From an uncultured Actinomycetes bacterium (GTDB lineage: Bacteria > Actinomycetota > Thermoleophilia > UBA2241): DNA of 64,000 nucleotides. A program made the position numbers and the translations under genes. The stretch spans positions 87,490-151,489 of the forward strand of contig CAVWIH010000030.1 in NCBI GenBank assembly GCA_963755025.1, written 5' to 3'. The notes below the pieces were generated by a model, which saw nothing but the letters and a program-made list of their open reading frames with translations, made no database searches and had not been told where the DNA came from. Below are positions 30,162-41,089 of this stretch, in pieces; within the stretch, counting starts at the first letter, position 1; every line of letters begins with the position of its first letter.

Positions 30162-32604
30162 TTACGAGACGCTCACTTTGTCAGGATGCCAACGCTTTCT
30201 CGTCTCGCGGCAGACCCACCCATGGTTTGGCGCCCGCGCGAGTTCAAGTCCGAGAACGTCGTCGCCGTGCCTCGTCGAGTCCAAGCTCCTGCAGGAGATA
30301 GTCGAAAAGGGCCCGCTCGTGCACGGCAACGATGACCTGTCTGTCGCGTCGCGGGCCAATGCCGAAAGCAGATTGGCGAAATTCACAAGGTGCACATCGT
30401 CCATGCTCTGGACTGGATCATCCAAGACCAATGTTCGGACCATGGCGTCTTCCAAGACGTTGATGGCAAGGAAAAGGCAAAGCGCGGCGGTATTGAGGTT
30501 GCCCGCGCTGAGCGTCGCGCCGGCGTTGAGCGGCGCCACCCCGTCGGCTAAAACGCTCGTGGTCACGCGCAGGACGCGGCGTTCCACTGTGGGCCTAGTG
30601 AGCATCGGGCGAAACCGCTCCGAGGGAACAAGCCTTAGAAAGAGGTCCTGCCAAAGTTCGTTCAAGTCACCGTCGATCAACTTGGTAAGCGCCTTGGCTC
30701 TGGTTCTTGACGATGCCTCAACGACTCGCCTCGCGAGGTCCTCCAGCCGCTTGACTTCGGAAAGTCGGTGTTCTGCCTCAAGCCGCCGAGACTCTAGGGC
30801 ACCAGCGTCGCCCTTAAGGTGCGTGAGGTGCTCCACAGCCCGCCGCGCTTCGTCCAGCGCCTCCACAACTGATTCGATCTGGATTTTCTTCTTCCCATTC
30901 TCCTCAGCCCGGGATAGGACCGCCTCGTCAACACGATGCAGACAACGAAGAGAACGAAACGGCCTGATCAGCCACCGGGACTCCAACCTCCTCGGCTATC
31001 TCAAGAAGGCTGAGCCTGGCGCTTCGACTTCGCGCATCGATTTCAGTGCGCCTTTGGACCTCGGCTTCAGCGTCCGCCATCCGTTCCAGGTGATTGCGGG
31101 CGCCCGCACGGTCGTCGGATGCGCTCTCCAAAAGCATGCGCAAGTCGTGGACCGCCTTCGATCTGCGTTCCAGCGATCCAGCCGAGGGTAGAGCGTCAAG
31201 CTCACTCTGCGTCGTAGAAATCAGGTCGTTAAGCCTAGCCATCGCAGAGGTGAGTTGTTTGCGCTCCCGCGCGCGGTCCACTCCCAACGAGCACTCGCGA
31301 GCGAGCTCGTCAACGCGCGATCGAATCGCATCCTGTAAAGCTCCGAGCTGAAGTTCGGAGTAGTCGCGGCCACACACAGGGCAGAGATCGGAGTCGGCTA
31401 GAGGCTGAGCTTCCATGAGCAACGCTGACAAAGCCTCGAAATAGGCGAGTTGATCGTCGGACACATCGGACAAGCCTTCCAGCTGAGAAACCTGAGCGGC
31501 TAGTTGATCTCGCCAGAGAGCCAGGTTGCCGCTGCCGGCAACGACGCGCTCAAGTTGGTCCTGAAGCTCTTCCTCTAGCTTGGCCAAGCGTTCTTCGCAA
31601 GACGCGAGGAACGCGAGCGAATCGTGTTCCTCAGCCAAGCGAGCAAACTCGGCCCCTAGATTCAATACAGATGGCTCCACGACTTCACGCAGGGCTGCGA
31701 GCTTCCCCTCCGACTGCCGCATTTCGGCGCGGGCCGCGTCGAGGGTGGCAAGCGCAGCCTTTGCGGCGTCCGAACCGTGCTCTGCTGCGTCCTCCTCGAC
31801 CCGGCGAGCGTCGCCCAGGCGCTCGATGTGCATTGCCGAGCGCTCAACCGCGGCCGCCAAGGCTAAAGACATCTCAGACAACAGACCCCGCAAAGAGTCG
31901 AGCTCCTCAAGGGTCGCGCTTGCGTCTACTTGGGGCAAGTTCGCCAAGCGGACGTCGCGAATGAGGGTGATAAGCGATTCAATGGACGCCGTCGCTGAAT
32001 CAACCGCTATCTGAGACGTCTCGCGGGCTGCTGATGCTTGGGCCGTGAGAAGTTGAGCCTCTTCTTCGAGCTCAACGAGCTTGTGGCATTCCTTGCGAAG
32101 CCAGCGGCGATCCATCGCTGGATGGAGACCCTCATTCAAGCTCACGAGGTCGTCAAGCTGAAGCAGGTCTTGGATGAACCGGACTAAGGGTTGCTCCCCG
32201 CCCGGACCGGGGTCACCCTCGTACGTCTCCAGCAGTCGCGTCAGTTGCTGCTGAGACAGGAAGGCACGCTCTCGGAAATAGATCTGGATGGACTGGGGGG
32301 CGCACTCATGCTGAACCCCGGCCCCAGAACAGGCTTCGCGCTGGTTCTCGTCTCTGAAACGGACCTTAACCGACATGTCATCGTGCGCAAACTGATTCAC
32401 GAGGCATCTCGGGTAATCATCGCCATACCGCTGAAGATCCTGCACCTTCCCGGTCAAGGCATACTCGAGGGCTTGCAGAAGGGTCGACTTTCCACTGCCG
32501 TTGGGTCCGTGGATGAGAACGACGGGACTATCGAGCGAGACCTTGTGTGCCCCGGAAATACACCGGAAGTTCTCGATCTCGAGTCCGGTTATTCGGCTAA
32601 TCAT
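30162..32604 (-). CDS. Rad50/SbcC-like SMC-type ABC ATPase (LmuB-like), about 810 aa, frameshifted
   Basis: LEIENFR, Walker A GPNGSGKST, Q-loop FLSQ, coiled coil, central zinc hook CPVC (31372-31383), signature LSAG, Walker B LVLDDP-VQSMD, H-loop VAVHE in an alternate frame. Confidence 0.88.
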
Positions 32605-33157
32605 GGCCGACCTCGAGGATTGCCATCTCAGTCGCCTGGTCAACAAGACGCAGTAGGGTTGCTTTGACCTCGTCGGGGCCCCGTTGAGCGGCGGCAAGTA
32701 ATGACCCGACTCTTGGATCCGATGCGCGTCGGCCCAGCGCATCGCTCAGCAGGCCAGCGACGGAGTCAGGAGTAACGGTGTTTGGCAGATTCAGCCTAGT
32801 CAAAGGTTTGAGGAACCTGGCCGCGTCTTTCCCGTCAGCATCGTCCGGGATCGTAATCGTGTGAGCGAACTCGCCGACTCCGCCGACGGTAGGGTCTTGG
32901 CCGCGAGGGCCGACTACTACGACAGTTACTGGACGTGATGACCCCGTTCGCTCCAAGAGCCAAATCAACGTTCGCACTCGTCTCGTCGCCGCACACGAAG
33001 GGCCAGCGGAGCCCAATACGAGCACGACCAGGTTACCGTGATCTTTCGGGCCGACAAACACCGCGTCAAACTGGAAAGCTTCGCCAGCCACGACGAGTGG
33101 CTGCGGCAATTCGCGGTAACCCTCTCCAGCCAAGAGATCGCGCACGCGGTCCAGCAT
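32597..33157 (-). CDS. Small middle component of the defence cassette (LmuC/ABC-3C MC-like)
   Basis: 186 aa; overlaps both neighbours; FQFDAVFVG..LVVL alpha/beta pattern suggests a degenerate restriction-endonuclease-like fold. Confidence 0.65.
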   Translation of the reverse strand: MLDRVRDLLAGEGYRELPQPLVVAGEAFQFDAVFVGPKDHGNLVVLVLGSAGPSCAATRRVRTLIWLLERTGSSRPVTVVVVGPRGQDPTVGGVGEFAHTITIPDDADGKDAARFLKPLTRLNLPNTVTPDSVAGLLSDALGRRASDPRVGSLLAAAQRGPDEVKATLLRLVDQATEMAILEVGHD

Positions 33158-34887
33158 CAGCCCACCCCCAGCGGCATGCGGCCGGCCAAGAGATGGACGG
33201 CGTCATCCAGGGTCTTATCAAGCCTCAGTATGTCACCGTCGAGTGACAGCAACTTTGGCCCTCCAGTGCGTCTCCGGCTAGGAAGCGCGGACCTCGGAAG
33301 GTCTGCACGCGACGGCTTCGCACCGTCTCCGCGGCAGAAAATGAGAACACAGTCGCTCGCGTCTTCGCCGCCAACCATGTCCATAGCCCTGGAGTAGTCA
33401 TGAACTGAGTCGCGTAAGACGAAGACGCGTACCCCCAGGGCCCCCGTGCCGACCACCAGTTGCCCCCTCGACGCAGGCGCACCCAACGGGACGGACAGCT
33501 TCCAGTCGTTGACCCTTGCACATTCCAGCAACATCAGTAGCGCGGCAACCGGCAGGTGTGCCCCTGCTTGAAGGGCAACCGTGTTCCGCTCCACCTGCTC
33601 CACATTGCCAAACGCGAAGGGCTCATATGCGTTCAGGTCTGGCGGCGGTCGCAGCCTCGTATGAATTGACACAAGGCGTGCGACCATCGCAGGGACTTCG
33701 GTCGCCACTCGCCGCTCTCTTTCGAGGGGCTCCTCGTTCGAGGCGTACTCGCCCAGCCGCTTAATGATTTCTACCGACGACCCGTCGAAAGCGTCGAGCC
33801 AATCGGGTCCCAGGGTCGGCTCCCCTTCTCGAATCATAAGGCGGAGTTTCTTCTCCAACGAATGCGCCCAGAAAGCCATGAATAGTTCACTTGCCCGGAG
33901 ATGTAGTGAAGAGGCCTCTGCCAACCGTCTGGCAACCTGTCCGCGAAAGCCGCCGCCGTGAAGAGACTTGAGCAGAGATTTTTGCTCATGGCTTATTTCG
34001 CCCTCTTCAACGAAGACTGCGCGCGGTGAATCTGTGGCGTGAGGCGTCTGTCTCTTTCCAGCAATATCCGCGACCGTTCGCAAGTTCTGATCTCGCACCG
34101 ATGACCCCGCGACCGCGAGTGCCCTCTTGCGCAGACAGGAATGGACCTCCTCACGAAACGCCAGGAACTCGTGGTCGTTCGTCCAGCGCCTGATGTCACT
34201 GGAAGTGGCAATCACATAGGGTCCGTACTTGTCCGGGTCGGCGCTGGCACCGCGGGCGCACCCGTGGATCTTCAGCAGGCGGGGCCGTTGGGCGGTCAGT
34301 TCGTCCGGATGAGCAACCACGCTCAACTGCCTGCCGCTGAGCAGTCTTTCGAAGGACTTCTCGACGAGGCAATCCCAGTTTGTGGTGATGACGTCGTCAA
34401 TCACGCCCTCAGCAAGAAGGATCGCCAGCATACGGTGCTCCGGGCCCGGCTCGATGGCTGAGTTCCCGAAGACCCTGGGAATCTGCACGACGTCGAGTGC
34501 CACATTAATCTCGTCCCCAACGTGGGTATCGATCTCATCCAAGGCTTCCGAGTACTTGTTTCCGAGGGCCTCCTCAAAGCCGGGAATATCACTCCAACCT
34601 TCCGGATCGTCTTGGACGGAGACTTGGTCACAGCCAACAAGTGCCATCACGGCATCAAAAGCACGTAGGCACTCTTGGCTCTCGTTCGCCTGGACGCACG
34701 TGCGCAGCTTCCGCAGCGCAACCATCACCATTTTGCCGGTGCTAGGGAGAACCGACATCGAAATGCCCGACCCCACACACCAGACAAAGTGGCCGATCAG
34801 CGCCCGGTTCAGAAACGTGTCCTGCGAGACGTCGAGACTCGCGTAAGCCTCGGCTGGCCCAACGCCGGGCGCATCATTGGCGCACAT
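33157..34887 (-). CDS. SIR2-family (SIR2_2) NADase-like effector with an unknown C-terminal domain
   Basis: VGSGIS, VITTNWD, LLKIHG, AGSSVRD; 576 aa; lower-GC codon usage. Confidence 0.85.
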   Translation of the reverse strand: MCANDAPGVGPAEAYASLDVSQDTFLNRALIGHFVWCVGSGISMSVLPSTGKMVMVALRKLRTCVQANESQECLRAFDAVMALVGCDQVSVQDDPEGWSDIPGFEEALGNKYSEALDEIDTHVGDEINVALDVVQIPRVFGNSAIEPGPEHRMLAILLAEGVIDDVITTNWDCLVEKSFERLLSGRQLSVVAHPDELTAQRPRLLKIHGCARGASADPDKYGPYVIATSSDIRRWTNDHEFLAFREEVHSCLRKRALAVAGSSVRDQNLRTVADIAGKRQTPHATDSPRAVFVEEGEISHEQKSLLKSLHGGGFRGQVARRLAEASSLHLRASELFMAFWAHSLEKKLRLMIREGEPTLGPDWLDAFDGSSVEIIKRLGEYASNEEPLERERRVATEVPAMVARLVSIHTRLRPPPDLNAYEPFAFGNVEQVERNTVALQAGAHLPVAALLMLLECARVNDWKLSVPLGAPASRGQLVVGTGALGVRVFVLRDSVHDYSRAMDMVGGEDASDCVLIFCRGDGAKPSRADLPRSALPSRRRTGGPKLLSLDGDILRLDKTLDDAVHLLAGRMPLGVG

Positions 34888-35258
34888 GTCCCCCCTGACT
34901 ACCCACTACACCAGTCCCCCAGCAGGCCTTCCCAGACGTCACGTCGCATGATAGTCCTCCGAATGCTATCGTGCCCAGAGGAGGTGTGCTGGCCTGACGC
35001 TGTGTGGCCGTTCCCGCTACCTCCTCAACTTCTCGCAGAGCCTGCTGCGCCCGGCGTTCATGCCTACCCTCCAACTGGACACGACGATTCTAGTCCCAAA
35101 GGGCGACGGAACGGCCGGGCCACGGGTCGGGCCGCGAGACCGGCCACGGGTCCGGCGGCGGAGTCAGACCGGTCGTGCGGAGCGGAGCGGGCGCGCCACG
35201 CAGGCGCGGCGAAGGCCGCGGGTGCAACGAGCGCGCCGCGCCCCACCGCCCGCCTGCG

Positions 35259-37402
35259 TCACCCAGGAATGCGGCGCCACCGCCTGAGCGGTCCCGTCAC
35301 CGCGAAGCGCCGCGGCATGTCCGTCGTGCGATCGGCCGGGAACGGCCGCTGCACGTTCTCATCCCAGCCTGCGAACAGTCGCAGCCGGCGGCGCGCGCCC
35401 CAGGGGCCGACCAGCAGGAGAAGGCCGACGCCGGCGACGCCGCCCAGCGCCGCCACGACGGGCGACCCGGCGCCAGCCGAGCTGCTCCCGCCGCCCTCGC
35501 CGCCGCCGGCCTGTCCGGAGACCTTGAACGCATACCCCGACACGGTGCGCGACGCGGCGCCGCTCGGCGTCGACCCCGCCACCGCGGCCGGCAGCATCGC
35601 TCCGCTCGAACCACCCGCAGCCCCAGTGTCGGCGCCGTTGCTGTTGGTCGAGCCGCTGCCGCGGCCGGTGCCGGTGCCCTGCCCCGAACCGCTGCCGGTG
35701 CCGCCGCCCACGCCGCCTCCGGAGCCCGCACCGCCGCCGGCGGTGCCGCCGTTGCCGCTCTCGCTGCCGTTGCTGTTGGGGCGGTTGCCGCTCGCGCCGC
35801 CGCCGCCCGTGCCGCTCGGTTTTGCGGTCGGGAGCTTGTAGGTGGTGGTGAGCGACAGGACCTTGGGGGCCACAGCTGCGCCGGCGGCCGAGAAGTAGAG
35901 GGAGTAGACGACTTTCTTGCCGAATGTGAGCTTTGGGAACGCGATGGTCTGCGACACGAGTCCCAGGGCGGCGCTCGCCTTCATATTGTACGCTCCCATG
36001 TTCTGGAAGACCCCTCCATCGATGCTGTAGCGCACGCTCACATCGCCGCCCGGGACCTGCGCCAGTGTGCAGCTCAGGCTGCCGAGCTGCTTGCGGCCGG
36101 CGTGGCCAAGCTCGGAAGCGGCCAGAGTCACTGTCCCGGCACTCGTGCCGATGACCGCGACCCTCTGAGCACCGGGGTCGGCGATCACCAGACTCCCCGC
36201 GTCGGCGTCGGTCAACGGCACCTGCGACAGCGACGCCGGCGCCGAGAGCGAGACCGGCGCCGTGGGCGACGACCCCGGCATGCCGGAGAGGTAGTCGGCG
36301 AACACCGTCGAACTCTTCGTACGGTCGCTACGCCGTAGACGTGACCGGTGTCGGCGATCCACACCGCCCCGCCAAGGCTGCTCAGCGCGCTGGTAGGAGA
36401 GCTCAAAGCGTAGGCGCCTGAGCGTGAGAACTGCCAGACGATGCTGCCGGAGGTGAATCCGTCTTGCGGCAGGGCGGCGTCGTAGTCCCCATAGCGGACC
36501 TCGATCGCCCGTGCCGCCGCTTTGTCGCAGATGAGCATGTTCTTTGACGGACTCAGTTGCTGGACCGACGTCGGCGATTCGAGCTGGTCGGTCCCGCTGC
36601 CGTATCCGCTCGCCCCATACTGCCACGTGATGCTGTTCGCGCTGAAGCCGGCGTCGGTCGCGCTCTTCACATAGTCGCCGGCGCGCACGACGATCACGCG
36701 GTGGTTGCCAGCGTCGCAGATCGCGACGTCGCCGTCATCGGCGATGTTGGGCGAGGCCTTCCCGTTGGCTATCCACTCGGCCGACGTCGGCGAATGAAGC
36801 TGATCGATCCCGGCGCCGGCCGTGCCGGCGGTGCCGTACTGCCACACGGGCAGGTTAGTCGTCGCGTCCACTATGAAGACCCGGTCGGCCCCCCGGTCGC
36901 AGATCAGGACGTAGCCGTCGCCGGTGTGTCCGGAGGCGCCCACGCGGTTGCCGCTGATCGAGCGGGCCGACACCGGGGAGCTCAGGCTCGAGTCGTCGGC
37001 GCTCGTGTACGACCAGACGGGGGACCAGAGCCAAGACTTGCTGTCTGAGTCCCACACGTAGGAGAACTCCGCGACCAACCGGTTGGCCGCATCGGCGACG
37101 AGGATGTCATCGCGGCCGTCGCCACCGTCACTCAGCGGCTGCGCGCTCACGGGGTCGGGCTGCGTGACGCCCAGCTTGTCGTAGCCGCCGCCCGCGGAGG
37201 CGTCGATCGACTCCAGCTGCCCGACAGTGGCGGCCAAGGCGCCGCCCAGGTCGGCAACGCCGCCGGTCTCGGAGGCGACCTTGAACGACACACCCCCCGC
37301 TCCCTGCACGAACGCCGCGGCCCCGGCTGAAGGCGCAGCCGCCAGCAGCGCGACTCCCGCGGCCAGACACACTATGGCGGCACCGACCGCACGACGTCGC
37401 AT
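35259..37402 (-). CDS. Secreted, membrane-anchored NHL-like beta-propeller surface protein, frameshifted near 36330
   Basis: Signal peptide MRRRAVGAAIVCLAAG..AGA; repeats LIxD..xRV..WQYG..G.DQL.SP.S; Gly/Ser-rich linker; C-terminal TM helix and basic tail. Confidence 0.75.
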
Positions 37403-37458
37403 TGATCCCATATCCCCCAGGCCCGCAGCGCGGCCCACACCGGGCTTGCGTGACAGAG

Positions 37459-37508
37459 CGTTGTACTTCTTGTAGTGTAACGCTCGTTGTACTTCGCACA
37501 GTGTAACG
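37459..37508. promoter_or_regulatory. Two tandem 24-bp ModE-like boxes upstream of modABC
   Basis: CGTTGTACT-TCTTGT-AGTGTAACG (37459-37482) and CGTTGTACT-TCGCAC-AGTGTAACG (37485-37508). Confidence 0.7.
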
Positions 37509-37672
37509 CTTCCGTGACGTCACGTACTTCGATACTCATGCCGGCGCGCACGGCGGGTCACCGGGGCTTGCGCGCGCCAAGTCTATGCGTCGTCGGCCGA
37601 TGTCGCGAGCCGACACAAACGTGATCGCCCCACACGGGGCGCAGTAAGAAAACCGTCAGGGAGGGGTCTCAA

Positions 37673-38797
37673 GTGAAGCGTAAATCGTGGGTGCTGTTGG
37701 CCGTCGCAGCGATGGTCATGATGATGTTCGGCGCGGGCGCAAGCCAGGCGTCGGCCGCTACGCAGCCCAAGTTCACCGTGTTTGCCGCCGCCTCGCTCTA
37801 CAAGGCGTTCCCGGCCATGGTGACGCCGTTCAAGGCCAAGTACCACCAGTACAAGAACGTCAAGTTCCTCTTCAACTTCGCCGGCACGCAGCAGCTTTAC
37901 CAGCAGCTCATCAACAAGGCGCCCGCCGACCTGTTCGCGAGCGCCAACACGACCTACATCGACGATCTGCAGCCGCCGGTCTCGGCCACCAACTACCTCT
38001 ACACGCCGCGCATCTTCTGCCAGAACGCGCTCTGCGTGATCGTGCCGAACGTGAAGGGCCACAAGGTCACGAGCCTGACCGACCTCACCAAGGCGGGCAA
38101 CGCAGTCGCGGTCGGCACCTGGGGCACGAACGCAGTGCCGATCGGCACGTACACCCAGAAGGTGCTGACGAACCTCAATGCCGACGCCGCCCTGAACGAC
38201 GCGACGTTCGCGACCGACGTCGATAACAACGTCCTCGCCTTCGGCGACATCGCCGCCAACGTGAACATGATCACCGCCCTCGTCTCGGATAACGACGTCG
38301 ACGCCGGCTTCGTCTACAACAGCGACAAGACGGCCGCCGGCTCCAAGGTCATCCGCATCGGGATCGCCGACGCCTATCAGTCGAGCCCGCTGCCGACCTA
38401 CCCGATGGCGGTCGTTCAGGGCACCGCCCACTACACGCTCGGCAAGCGCTTCATCCAGTTCGTCATGAGCACGCAGGGTCAGGCCATCATGAAGCGCTGG
38501 GGATTCCGTCCCGAGCCGGTGCCGGCCATCACGACGCTGGCAGGCACGAGTGGCGCAACCGGCGCCGCAGGCTCGAGCGTCGTCATCACCGGCCTCAACT
38601 TCAAGACCTACATCCCGGGCGCAGTGAAGTTCACCAGCACCGGGGCGACCCCCGTGACGACCGTGGCGACCACCACGGCGTGGGGCTCGAGCTCTATCAC
38701 GGCCACGGTCCCCGCCCTCGCGGCGGGCCAGTACAACGTCACCGTGACCGCCGACGGTCGGGTCTCGAAGGTCGCTACCTTCACCGTGACCCCGTAA
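37673..38797 (+). CDS. modA: Molybdate/tungstate ABC substrate-binding protein with a C-terminal IPT/TIG-like domain
   Basis: VFAAASL, FNFAGT, APADLFASA, VPIGTY, DAGFVYNSD, YPMAVV, GQAIMKRWGF; tail PAITTL..G.AGSSVVITGLNF..WGSSSITATVP..GQYNVTVT. Confidence 0.9.
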   Translation: MKRKSWVLLAVAAMVMMMFGAGASQASAATQPKFTVFAAASLYKAFPAMVTPFKAKYHQYKNVKFLFNFAGTQQLYQQLINKAPADLFASANTTYIDDLQPPVSATNYLYTPRIFCQNALCVIVPNVKGHKVTSLTDLTKAGNAVAVGTWGTNAVPIGTYTQKVLTNLNADAALNDATFATDVDNNVLAFGDIAANVNMITALVSDNDVDAGFVYNSDKTAAGSKVIRIGIADAYQSSPLPTYPMAVVQGTAHYTLGKRFIQFVMSTQGQAIMKRWGFRPEPVPAITTLAGTSGATGAAGSSVVITGLNFKTYIPGAVKFTSTGATPVTTVATTTAWGSSSITATVPALAAGQYNVTVTADGRVSKVATFTVTP

Positions 38798-38891
38798 CGG
38801 TCCAGACACGGCAGCATCGGCCGCGATAGCGCAGGCTCCGGCCCCTCAGGTCACACCTGAAGGACGGCGGCAAGCACTGACGCGCGGCCTG

Positions 38892-39680
38892 TTGAAAGGC
38901 GCGGCGGCGGCGATCACTGGGATCGCCGCCGCCGCGCTGCTTCTGTTCGTGGGCCTGCCGATCGTGGCCATCTTCCTGCGCGTGCCGCCGTCGGCGCTCT
39001 GGGCCCAACTGCATTCGTCGGTGGCCCTCGACGCGCTGCGCGTCAGCATGAAGACCAGCCTGGTGTCGCTGGGCTTCATCGTGCTGGCCGGCACGCCCGT
39101 GGCCCACCTGCTGGCCCGGCGGCGGTTCCCCGGGCGAGCGGCCGTCATCACCCTGATCGAGGTGCCCCTCGTGCTGCCGCCGGCGGTCGCCGGCATCGCC
39201 CTCTTCGCCGCCTTCGGGCGCACCGGACTGCTCGGCTCGCACCTCGCCGCCCACGGCATCCGCATACCGTTCACCTGGATCGCAGTCGTGATGGCGCAGA
39301 CGTTCGTCGCCATGCCCTTCTACGTGCGCCAGGTGATCGCCTCGTTCGGCGCCGTCGACCAGCAACTGGTCGGCGCCTCGCGCACGCTCGGCGCAGGCGC
39401 GTTCCGTTCGTTCTTTCGCATCGAGGTCCCCCTCGCCCGTCAAGGCTTGGCGGCCGGCGCGGCCCTGGCCTGGGCCCGTGCGCTCGGCGAGTTCGGCGCC
39501 ACGGCGTTGTTCGCCGGCGGCTTCGTGCAGGGGGTCACGCAGACGCTGCCGCTGGCCATCTACGCGCAGTTCCAGGGCGCCAACATCACCTCCTGCCTGG
39601 CCATGTCGGCCTTTCTCGTGGCCGTCAGCTTCGCGGTGCTGGTCTCGACCAAGATCCTCCTGGGCTGGCGAGAGACGTGA
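38892..39680 (+). CDS. modB: Molybdate ABC permease
   Basis: PLVLPPAVAGIAL, FVAMPFYVR, ASRTLGA, WARALGEFGAT, TQTLPLAIY. Confidence 0.93.
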   Translation: MKGAAAAITGIAAAALLLFVGLPIVAIFLRVPPSALWAQLHSSVALDALRVSMKTSLVSLGFIVLAGTPVAHLLARRRFPGRAAVITLIEVPLVLPPAVAGIALFAAFGRTGLLGSHLAAHGIRIPFTWIAVVMAQTFVAMPFYVRQVIASFGAVDQQLVGASRTLGAGAFRSFFRIEVPLARQGLAAGAALAWARALGEFGATALFAGGFVQGVTQTLPLAIYAQFQGANITSCLAMSAFLVAVSFAVLVSTKILLGWRET

Positions 39681-41081
39681 GCGCCGTGCCCGATGTGTCG
39701 GCGCGCGCCGCGTCCGCGACCGGCGGGACCGTGCCTGCGACCGGCGGGACTGTGCCTGCGACCGGCGAGTCAGGGTCTGCGAGCGGCGCGCCGGCGAGCG
39801 GCACGTCGGCAAGCGGCGGGCCCGCGTCCGGCGGGCCGGCGACCGGCCAGCTGAACATCGCCGTCAGGCACCGCCTGAGCCGCATCGAGCTCGACGTGAG
39901 CCTTTCGGTCGGGCGCGAGACGCTGGCCCTGGTCGGTCCTTCGGGGGCCGGCAAGACGTCGGTGCTGCGTGCCGTGGCCGGGCTGTTCAAGCCCGATCAT
40001 GCCCTCATCACGCTCCACGGTCGCACGCTCACCGACACCCAACGCCACGTGAGCCTGCCGCCCGAGAGCCGCCACGTCGGCCTCATGTTCCAGGACGGGG
40101 CGCTGTTCCCCCACCTGAGCATCGCCCGCAACGTCGAGTACGGGCTGCGCCCGCGGTCGCACCGGCGGCGCGAGCGGCGCGCTCGCGTGAACGAACTGCT
40201 CGAGCGCTACGGCATCGCCGAGCTGCGCGACTCGCGGCCGGGCAAGGCGTCGGGCGGCGAGCGCCAGCGAGCCGCGCTCGCGCGCGCGGTCGCGACCACC
40301 CCAGATGTCTTGCTGCTCGACGAGCCGCTCACCGCCCTCGACTCGGTGACCAAGGCGCGCGTGTCGCGCGAGCTCGCCCAGTGGCTCGCCGAGCTGGGCC
40401 TGCCCACCCTTCTGGTCTCGCACGACTACGGCGACGTGGTCGGCCTCGCCGACCGCATCGCCGTCATCGACGCCGGCCGCATCGTGCAGGTCGGCACGGC
40501 GGCCGACCTGCAGCGCGCGCCCGCGTCGTCCTTTGTGGCCGCCTTCGTCGCGACCAACTACTTCAAGGGCTCCGCCCGCCGCGACGGCGAGCTGACCGTG
40601 CTCACCCTGCCCAACGGCCGGCGCTTCGTGTGCTCGACGCCGGCGAGCGGCGACGTCGCTTTCGTCGTCGACCCCTGGGCCGTGCGGCTCACGCGCGTCG
40701 ACGCGGAGGGCGCAGGGAGCGGCGCAACGACCGGGAGCGACGCGGGGACCGGGAGCGACGCGAGGACCGGGAGCGACGCGGGGACCGGGAGCGACGCGGG
40801 CGACCGGGAGCGGTGCGGCAAGCGCGGCGCGCGGCGCGGTGAGCGCGAGCGGCGCGCCCGCCAACGTCGTGCGCGGTCCCATCGTCCACGTTGTGCGCTT
40901 CGGTTCGGTGGTGCGCGCCACCGTGGGCTGCGAACCGCCGTTGGTCGCCGAGCTCCCCGCCGAGCAGGCGGATACGCTCGGCATAGAACGCGGCGCGGCC
41001 GTGACCGCCACCTGGTCGCCCGACGCCGCGCGACTCGTAGTCGACCCGAGCGGCGCCGAGGACCCGGCGCTCACCCGGTAG
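39677..41081 (+). CDS. modC: Molybdate ABC ATPase with TOBE domain, frameshifted near 40820
   Basis: GPSGAGKT, MFQDGALFPHL, SGGERQR, LLLDEP, VSHD; TOBE tail NVVRGPIVHV..LGIERGAAVTA in another frame. Confidence 0.88.
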
Positions 41082-41089
41082 CGACCCAG

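Noticed and set aside
30162-32604. Housekeeping SbcC or RecN
   Set aside because: No adjacent sbcD; coupled to a Sir2 gene; atypical codon usage.
30100-35150. Prophage or integrative element carrying the defence cassette
   Set aside because: No integrase, transposase, tRNA target or flanking direct repeats were recognised; only a compositional shift is visible.
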